64,000 bases of DNA from Spirochaetales bacterium (GTDB taxonomy: Bacteria > Spirochaetota > Spirochaetia > SZUA-6 > DRHE01), in the NCBI GenBank assembly GCA_030615505.1, contig JAUWZD010000008.1, positions 104-64,103 of the forward strand, given 5' to 3'. Both the position numbers and the translations under genes were made by a program. The stretch's first letter is position 1, and every line of letters starts with the position of its first letter. This document shows, in pieces, positions 10,478 through 17,902 of the stretch. The notes below the pieces were generated by a model. It searched no databases, was not told where the DNA came from, and saw only the letters and a program-made list of their open reading frames with translations.

Positions 10478-13357
10478 ATGGCCTTTCATCAAAGCTGGAC
10501 ATCGAAACCTGTACGGGTTCTATTTATTCTCATAAGCTTTACAATGCTCCTTTTCCTTTACAGCAGGACAATACCTCTAGGCTATCTTCCCTCGGTCCAG
10601 AGGAAATCCATTCTTATCAGGATTGAACATAAAGGCGCTTTTGAAAATCAGATTGAAAAAGTGATTACAAACCCGGTGGAGAGAGAAATATCCAGGATAC
10701 GCGGCATAAAAGAGATTTTTTCCGTATCGGAACAGGAAAAAGCTCGCATCAATATCAGCTTTTTTGCAGAAACAGACCTTGATAAAGCTTACTTAAGGGT
10801 TCGAGAGGCCGTTGATAGGGTGTATGCCGCCCTGCCGGACGGCGTACAAAGACCGATCATAGCAAAAAGTGATATCAATTCAAGGCCGGTTTTTATAGCT
10901 GCTTTTGAAAATAAAGGATATCTGGCTGAAGACTATCTAAAACGGCTATATGAAAACATAAAAGGCACAGGGGAGATCGATATAGGCGGTGGAGTTAAAA
11001 TGGAGGTCCAGATATCCTTTTATCCTGACAAAACGGCACAAGCCAAAATATCTGTGCCTCAAATATTGAACAGCATCCGGGGAAACAACATTGTAGGCGG
11101 GTTTGGGCGCGAGACGGAGATCCCTCACATTATCGATGCCAGGCTTAAAAATATTGAAGAAGTAAGAGCATTACGTGTAACTCGTGACATAACCCTTGGA
11201 GAGATTGCTCAAGTCAGGCTGGAAAAAGCTAAGAAGGAAAGCATTGGACGCGTTAATGGCAAAGAAAAAATCATCGTTTATGTCCATGAGGCAGGCGACG
11301 CTAACACGGTAAATCTCTGCAGAAAGCTAAAATGTTTGACACTAAAGATCCCTGAAGGGATGATACTTTATAATTATGGAGAGAAAATTGAGAAGTCTCT
11401 TGAGGAAATTCTTATTTCGATTATTTCCGGAATTGTATTTGTAACAGCTCTCACGTTCATATTTTTAAAGAAAATATATCCGGCCCTGCTTGTCAGCCTG
11501 AACATCCCCTTTTCCGTTCTTTTTACTGCGGCATGCCTCAATTCCTTTGGATATGAATTAAACATCATGACCTTATCCGGTATTGCCATTGGTATAGGAT
11601 TGGTTATTGACTCAGGTATAGTCTATGTGGAAGAGTTCTTTGCCTCTAAAGGCGATCTACAAAAAACCTTACAAGGATCATCCCATCCAATTTTATTTTC
11701 ATCGTGCACAACCATAGCTGTCTTTATTCCTCTTCTTTTTGCCCAAAGGGAGCTTACTGATCAGTTCGGAGGACTGGCGATTGCGGTTTCTTCTTCTATT
11801 ATAGCTTCAGCAATTTTTGTCTTTCTTTTTATGCCGGCTTTTCTTTCTTTGTTTTTTAAAAGAGATTTAAAATCAGAAAATTATCTCAAAGCAAAATCTT
11901 CTCCGCTTATATCAGGCATCCTTAAAAGAGCCTTTTTCCTTACAAGCAGATTTCGCCCTGTTTTTATTGGACTTACACTCATCCTAGTAGCTGCATCAGG
12001 ATTCATTCTTCATAACCTAAGGCGACAAAATTTTAACTTAAACACAGGAAACACTGTATCTTTTAAGTTAGAGTATCCAAGCGGAACAACACTTGATCAA
12101 GTTTTTAACACGGCTTCTGAGCTTGAGGATTATATAACATCGCTCAATGGGATAAAGACAAGCGCCAGTAAATATGAAAAAGAGCGAGCCTCTTTTGATT
12201 TGACATTAAATGACAATACAGAACAAAAACCGATTATTAAAAAATTGAAAAGCCGGGAACACTACTACAAAAATATCTTTTTCTATTTTCCGGAGAAATC
12301 AGATGATGAAGATTCATTCGATGTTATTTTAACAGGAAAGGGAAACACTAAACTCCGGGAGTTGTCAAAATCCGTATCTGAAGAAATAAGGAAAGATCCT
12401 GCTGTCACAGGCATCATTTTCCACTATAAAGATGTGCTCCCTTCAAAGCAGGTAGCAATAAATCTTCACGATTCTGCAGGACTTGGAGTAAATCCGAAAG
12501 ATCTATATTCACATCTATACTGGTCTCTCTCCGGCCCTGTTGCTTCAAAATGGAATCCACCCGGACAAACAGAATCCGGTAATGCATACGCCGATATAAG
12601 GCTCTTTGCTGGAAAACTTCAGACAGCAGCATTTGCTGATCTTATGAATATAAAATTTACAGGCCCGGATGGTAAGGCGGTCGAATTAAAAGACATGGCA
12701 TCCTTCTCTGAAAAACAAGAGACAGGAAGGATATACCACTCAGGCCGGCAGAGAAGCGTCAGTTTTTCGGTTAGAACCAGGAAAGCGGATAAGTTTAAAA
12801 TTCTACAGAGGGCAAACAGGATTATTTCTGATTTCCCATTTCCCGGAGGCTACAGAGCGGAAGCCGGCCGTACAGAAAAAGAAGAAGAGAGACTTAAAGT
12901 TTCTTCGGCAGTCAGTCTCTCTTTGTCAATATTGCTTATCCTGATCATATTGGTTTTTCAATTTGAAGGAATAAGAATACCCCTTATTATAATGTCTCAA
13001 ATACCCTTATCATTTATCCTGCCGGTTCTACTTTTAAAAATATTAAATCTTTCCCTTTCAATGCCCGTTATGATTGGGCTTATTCTTACAGCTGGAATAT
13101 CTGTAAACAACTGCATCTTAGTTTTTGACCGCCTAAAAGGCCGCATATTAAGTGGTATATCTGTATATACAGCACTCGAGGCTAAATTTAAAGCCATGCT
13201 GATAGCCTCACTTACAACAGTCATGAGCGTACTGCCTCTTTTTTTCGTTGGTAGAATCGGAGCGGGTGTTCTTGCTCCGCTGTCACTCACTATATCCGCA
13301 GGTATTACCGGATCTGTTATTTTTCTGCTGATTAGCCTGCCTGTTCTGTTCAAATAA
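10478..13357 (+). CDS. Second, divergent RND-superfamily permease
   Basis: 959 aa. TM4 motif GIAIGIGLVIDSGIVYVEE. Lies 14 bp downstream of the first permease. Confidence 0.85.
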   Translation: MAFHQSWTSKPVRVLFILISFTMLLFLYSRTIPLGYLPSVQRKSILIRIEHKGAFENQIEKVITNPVEREISRIRGIKEIFSVSEQEKARINISFFAETDLDKAYLRVREAVDRVYAALPDGVQRPIIAKSDINSRPVFIAAFENKGYLAEDYLKRLYENIKGTGEIDIGGGVKMEVQISFYPDKTAQAKISVPQILNSIRGNNIVGGFGRETEIPHIIDARLKNIEEVRALRVTRDITLGEIAQVRLEKAKKESIGRVNGKEKIIVYVHEAGDANTVNLCRKLKCLTLKIPEGMILYNYGEKIEKSLEEILISIISGIVFVTALTFIFLKKIYPALLVSLNIPFSVLFTAACLNSFGYELNIMTLSGIAIGIGLVIDSGIVYVEEFFASKGDLQKTLQGSSHPILFSSCTTIAVFIPLLFAQRELTDQFGGLAIAVSSSIIASAIFVFLFMPAFLSLFFKRDLKSENYLKAKSSPLISGILKRAFFLTSRFRPVFIGLTLILVAASGFILHNLRRQNFNLNTGNTVSFKLEYPSGTTLDQVFNTASELEDYITSLNGIKTSASKYEKERASFDLTLNDNTEQKPIIKKLKSREHYYKNIFFYFPEKSDDEDSFDVILTGKGNTKLRELSKSVSEEIRKDPAVTGIIFHYKDVLPSKQVAINLHDSAGLGVNPKDLYSHLYWSLSGPVASKWNPPGQTESGNAYADIRLFAGKLQTAAFADLMNIKFTGPDGKAVELKDMASFSEKQETGRIYHSGRQRSVSFSVRTRKADKFKILQRANRIISDFPFPGGYRAEAGRTEKEEERLKVSSAVSLSLSILLILIILVFQFEGIRIPLIIMSQIPLSFILPVLLLKILNLSLSMPVMIGLILTAGISVNNCILVFDRLKGRILSGISVYTALEAKFKAMLIASLTTVMSVLPLFFVGRIGAGVLAPLSLTISAGITGSVIFLLISLPVLFK

Positions 13358-13362
13358 GCCGC

Positions 13363-14802
13363 TTAAGTTGCTTCAATCCCAAGTATACTATCAAGGCGCT
13401 CTTTCAGCCTGCCTGAGGCATTATCGCGTTTCGCTTCAAGATATGCCCTTACTATCTCGTTTTTTTTTGCCTCTTGTAACATCAACACAGCGGCCATCTG
13501 ATAAACATTATCAGGAGTAGAGAGGAGGTCCATAACCGGATCCAGGATATTTACAATTCCTGTCGAAAGTCTTCTATAAATGGCATCTAACTCATGTCCT
13601 AAGAGGATCTTTTCTCCGTCACTCTTCGATAGTCCTAACAGCCTTCCCAGTTCTATTCTTGTCTCTTCAGCATACAGGGTTCCCGGGGCCAGTAAGATGC
13701 ATTTCTCAAGCACATTTCGGGCCGTGCCAATATTATAATTCCCCTCACTTTTTTTCATCCCCTGCCAGAGGTGATAATAATAGGCGGGAAGCCCGCGGAA
13801 AGATGCTTCTAAATCTATATAAAACTTTAAATCATCTATCCCTGCATTGCCCTGCTCAAGACTCGATGAAAGGACCAAATACCTGTGGAATTCCATATCT
13901 TCATCGAATTTAAAGCTCGTTAAAAGGCTGTTTGCTTCTACCCAGATCCCGGAGACATAGGCTTTAAGCCCTCTTATTAGAGACTTTCCCTGCTTTCGTG
14001 GATTCCAGGAGGTATCTGAAAGCTTTTCTTCAAGACAAATGAGTCTCTCAATTTGCTGCCCGGAGGATATCAATCCATTGTATCTCTGATACTCCAGATC
14101 TTTAAAAGCAGCTAAAATTCCTTCGTTTATGCGGCCAAGCTTTTCATATATGGCCGATTCCTTTATGCCAAGATTCGTCTCATACCCGAATTTAGCCTCA
14201 TATTGCTTTATCACACCGAGAACATCCTCATATTTTTCCTGCTCAAGTAACAGAACGATATAGGCATTCATATCTTCCCTGTTCATGTTATTTTTCTGCT
14301 CCTCCCAACCTTCCTGAAAAACTTTTAAGGCCTCTTCGTCCTCTCCAATTTCTAAAAGGCACTTTGCCTTTGTAAAGAGTACACCAATTTTATCTTTAAT
14401 TTTAAAGCCTAACGCCTTATCAGCATACTCTAATCCTTTTTTGTACTCTTTCTTTCGATAGGAAAGCTCTGCGAGGTTTGTAAAAAGAAGGAATTTTAAA
14501 TTCTTATCTTTATTCTTTCTAACGAGTTTTAGGCCCTGTTCTAAATAAGCTGACGCTTTTTGCATATCGCCGGAAGCCAGCAACATGCCTCCGATATTAA
14601 CCTTTAATGCCAGCTTGTCCGGATACTGCTGATCGAGTGAGAGTAGAGAATTAAAGAGCTCAAGCCCTTTTTCATTTTTCATTGCTTCATTAAACTTATC
14701 TTCAAATTCATTATCCCCGGCTTTACATGAGATAACTAAGAATAAAATGAGGCAAATTACACATAAGTATATATGTGTCCGCATATAGGAACTCCTTTGC
14801 AA
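13363..14802 (-). CDS. TPR-repeat lipoprotein
   Basis: Lipobox LVISC. Multiple TPR-like repeats. Convergent with the efflux operon. Confidence 0.7.
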   Translation of the reverse strand: MQRSSYMRTHIYLCVICLILFLVISCKAGDNEFEDKFNEAMKNEKGLELFNSLLSLDQQYPDKLALKVNIGGMLLASGDMQKASAYLEQGLKLVRKNKDKNLKFLLFTNLAELSYRKKEYKKGLEYADKALGFKIKDKIGVLFTKAKCLLEIGEDEEALKVFQEGWEEQKNNMNREDMNAYIVLLLEQEKYEDVLGVIKQYEAKFGYETNLGIKESAIYEKLGRINEGILAAFKDLEYQRYNGLISSGQQIERLICLEEKLSDTSWNPRKQGKSLIRGLKAYVSGIWVEANSLLTSFKFDEDMEFHRYLVLSSSLEQGNAGIDDLKFYIDLEASFRGLPAYYYHLWQGMKKSEGNYNIGTARNVLEKCILLAPGTLYAEETRIELGRLLGLSKSDGEKILLGHELDAIYRRLSTGIVNILDPVMDLLSTPDNVYQMAAVLMLQEAKKNEIVRAYLEAKRDNASGRLKERLDSILGIEAT

Positions 14803-14978
14803 ATCATACTTTTTCTGCTTTATGGAAAAAGCTAAAATTGGCTTAACTATATCATCCCTTATTTAATTAACGCAACAATTGTTGCAGTTCTTAAAGCATC
14901 GGGGCTTGAACCTTATATCATAACACTCTATGGAGCAGCAAAAGCGCTAAAAGTAAGATTAAAAAAACCAGCTCTTAT

Positions 14979-15383
14979 TTATATATACTTCACCATGCTT
15001 TCAACATCCAGTCCAATATGTTCTGCCATCAAGTCAAAGTAATAGTCAGCATGTACGAGAAGGGCATTCACATAGAGAGCAGAAGCAGCAATAAACATAT
15101 CGGAATGCGGAACTGTAATTCCATTGCTGCGTAAGGTATATGCTTTTTCAGATTAATAATCCCACAAGGATTTTGTGGATTCTATAAATACCAGATTATC
15201 CAGTCTTATTTTCAGTCTTTCATACTCGCTTTTTGTTTTGGTACCTGCAAGGAGCTCAAGCTTAATCATGCCATTTATTGCAACTTCATTTTCCTTTAGA
15301 AAACGATCGATCTTGTCCTTTATTACAGGGTTATAATCTTTTCTTAAGGAAAAAATCCAAGCTGAAGTGTCAATGAGAATCAT
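14979..15383 (-). pseudogene. vapC: PIN-domain toxin VapC, frameshifted
   Basis: ORF 15153..15383 gives the N-terminal half (MILIDTSAWI...). The C-terminal half (ITVPHSDMFIAASALYVNALLVHADYYFDLMAEHIGLDVESMVKYI) reads in another frame at 14979..15149. Together they make about 131 aa. Confidence 0.7.
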
Positions 15384-15595
15384 GAATTTCCTGTATCCTC
15401 TCTATCCTTATTAAGGGATTCCAGTGTAATATCAAGATCAAATGTGCCGAGTTCTTTGCGAAGGATTTCGCGATTTTTTTTCCTGATAATTTCACGAAGT
15501 CCTTCTTCGATAACTGCCTTCTTGGTTTTTAATTGAGTAACCTGCAATGCAGTGTTTATTAGGTTATCATCTATAACTACTGTAGTTTTACTCAT
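15380..15595 (-). CDS. vapB: VapB-family antitoxin (Rv0623/DUF2191-like)
   Basis: MSKTTVVIDDNLINTALQVTQLKTKKAVIEEGLREII... matches this antitoxin family. GGAG sits 9 bp upstream of the ATG at 15595. 4-bp overlap with vapC. The 106-aa track ORF is an over-extension. Confidence 0.75.
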   Translation of the reverse strand: MSKTTVVIDDNLINTALQVTQLKTKKAVIEEGLREIIRKKNREILRKELGTFDLDITLESLNKDREDTGNS

Positions 15596-15607
15596 AAGCT
15601 TCTCCTG

Positions 15608-15655
15608 GTATGTATTATTCATACATACTAATGTATATAAAATAAATATGTATGT
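15608..15655. promoter_or_regulatory. Putative vapBC operator / divergent promoter with four ATGTAT/ATACAT half-sites
   Basis: GTATGTAttattcaTACATACtaATGTATataaaataaatATGTATG. Perfect inverted repeat at 15608-15628. Confidence 0.45.
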
Positions 15656-15687
15656 CAAAAAAGTGACACATCTCAAGGAAGTATCAT

Positions 15688-16062
15688 TTGAGTGTGGCAC
15701 TATCTATTAAGGGTCCCGGCTTGCAGTCTGAAATGGTTGAAGAAGGGAAAGCACAGGCCAGGCTTGAGAAAGAGGCCCCGAAAAAGAAGCATTATAATAT
15801 TCAAATCAAGATCAAATTAAAGGATGACTGCGTTTTCAAATCGGTCAGGGCCTTTATGGTGCTAAAAAATTTGGGTGAGACCAATAAAATAGTCAATACA
15901 GACCCCGAAGTCAGAGACATAGAAGACGAGAAATTTGATCAATCGTTTACGGTTTTCTTAACCACCAAAGAGAATGAAAAAAAGATCAGAAAGGCTGTCG
16001 AATCTGTTTCTGATGTGGAAAGCGTGGTTATCAAGGCTGTCAAAGGTCTTTCAAGGTTTTAA
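15688..16062 (+). CDS. Hypothetical protein (possibly the N-terminal remnant of a disrupted sensor gene)
   Basis: 124-aa ORF divergent from vapB. No recognisable domain. It ends exactly where PAS homology begins in another frame. Confidence 0.35.
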   Translation: MSVALSIKGPGLQSEMVEEGKAQARLEKEAPKKKHYNIQIKIKLKDDCVFKSVRAFMVLKNLGETNKIVNTDPEVRDIEDEKFDQSFTVFLTTKENEKKIRKAVESVSDVESVVIKAVKGLSRF

Positions 16063-16291
16063 AGATTTCTGCTTGTTTGATGTGGTTAAAAGGGTCTGGC
16101 AAACCGGCAACCCCGAGCATCCCCCTGTTTTTCAGTATAAGGATAAGAGCAAAATCGGATGGCTGGATAGTTATGTCATAAAACTGCCTTCCGGTGAAAT
16201 AGTTGTTGTTTATAATGATGTTACCGATCGCAAGCAAGCAGAGGAAGAGAAAAACTCCAGGATGAAAAAAAAGAGTGTTAAAACGATCTAA
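16060..16291 (+). pseudogene. PAS-domain fragment (C-terminal half of a PAS fold only)
   Basis: FDVVKRVWQTGNPEHPPVFQYKDKSKIGWLDSYVIKLPSGEIVVVYNDVTDRKQAEEE matches the PAS C-terminal half. There is no N-terminal half and no output domain. Confidence 0.5.
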
Positions 16292-17186
16292 AAAGAAACC
16301 TTAATTTCCTTTTCCATATTCAATAAGGATGAAAGAGAAAGTATTTTATCTACCAAAGACGGATTTAAAAACACTCCTTTGGGAACCAGCAATAATCCAT
16401 TTTTTAAGGCTATTTCATCAAGCAAATACATTCCCGGTTTGAGATCCTGAATAGCCACACTATTGGATTTTTTAAACTGTATGTTCACATTTACACTCAT
16501 AAGGCTGCAAAATACCCGGGCAATCTGTCCGTCATAAAATGATCCGATATTCCCTTCAATAAATTCCAGAGCCTGCCCCGGCATTTTTTTCTCTCTGAAG
16601 ATTAGATTGTCATAGTCATTTGCAATTCTGACGATGCGCGCGCTCCAGGTGGAATTTTAACACTCCTTAATCCGTCTGGGAACCCTCTACCGTTAATTCT
16701 TTCATGATGGGAGCGAATAACTGCCTCGATCCTTTTTAAGTTTTTAACTGTACTGATCAACTCCTGGCCAACGAGAGGATGTTGAAGGTATATCTGTTTT
16801 TCATTTTTAGTGAAATCATTCACTTTTTTTTCAAAAAGTGCAGTTCCTGCGCCGATGAGGCCCAGATCATGAAGAAGTGCTCCATAATATATGTCTTCTT
16901 GTTCCTCCTTACTAAATTCTAATTTTTCGGTGATCAATTTTGAAAGCTCAGCAACCCGCTTCGAATGTTCGCTCAGGAATTTATGATAATGTGAGAGGAT
17001 ACCTGAAAGAAGATAGATAATTTCACTGAAATTTTGCTTGAGAACGCCGCTGATCTTTCTCAAATGACTAACCACTTTTTCTATTGTTCCACCCCTGAGC
17101 ATATAAATCGGTTGATGTCCGGCATTAGCATACAGAAGATTATAATTGTTCAAATCCAGCAGGCAGGCTGAAAAGCAGGCGTCCAA
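16288..17186 (-). pseudogene. HD-GYP phosphodiesterase remnant split across two frames, with a PP2C/SpoIIE-like tail at its N-terminus
   Basis: 16602..17186 carries YANAGHQPIYMLRGG (PP2C-like), then ALLHDLG...HHERINGRGFPDGL. The VADxYDA segment is degenerate and ends in a stop. 16288..16584 resumes in another frame with ALEFIEGNIGSFYDGQIARVF (HD-GYP C-terminus). Compare the intact copy at 55886..57055. Confidence 0.55.
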
Positions 17187-17852
17187 TCGTCTTCAGCGCA
17201 GGATGATTGAAGATAGATACCGCAGTCTATTTAAAGATTCAAAGGATATGATATTTACCAGAACTCCGGATGGATTGATAACTGATATCAACCAGGCGGG
17301 TGTTGAATTATTGGGCTATGCAGATAAATCAGAGATTATTAATAAAAATGTTAGAGATTTATACCAATCTTATCAGGATCTGCTGCATTTCAATCAGCAA
17401 ATTGGGAAGAGAGGGTATGTGAAAGACTATGAACTCTTGTTAAAAAGAAAAGATGGTAAAGAAATATTTGTCCTTGAGACCTCTAATGCCATAAAAGATA
17501 GCAAAGGCAAAATAATTGAATCCCAGGAGGGGTTCGACAGAATTATATCTATTGTTCAGGGCTTAAAAAACTTTTCCCGGATCGATTATACAGGAAAGAT
17601 CGGGGAGGATGACCTCAATAAAGCGATCGAAAATACCTTAATCGTGGCCAGGAGCGAAATCAAATACGCAGCAGGGGTAAAGAAGGATTTATCCGTATTA
17701 CTGCTAATTCAAGGACAGGCAGATGATGGTCCGGGGATACCGGAGAACATGGGGGAGATTTATCCCTGAGGAGTGAGGTCGGGAAAGGTACAACGATTAC
17801 AATAAAACTGCCTATCAGCTACCAGGGGAAGGGAGAAGTAGAAATGAAATGA
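17146..17852 (+). pseudogene. PAS-sensor histidine kinase remnant (no H-box; frameshift/deletion in the HATPase domain)
   Basis: PAS segment, then a degenerate ...DDGPGIPENMGEIYP* (G1 box). The frame switches to ...SEVGKGTTITIKLP (G2 box) ending at 17852. Confidence 0.55.
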
Positions 17853-17902
17853 GTCGCATAAGCTCTTCAGAAAAAACACTAAAGAGCTGCTTCTCATGCT
17901 TC

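Noticed and set aside
15380-15700. 106-aa extended version of vapB
   Set aside because: The N-terminal 35 aa are hydrophobic read-through of the promoter/operator. The conserved antitoxin starts at MSKTT with an SD 9 bp upstream.
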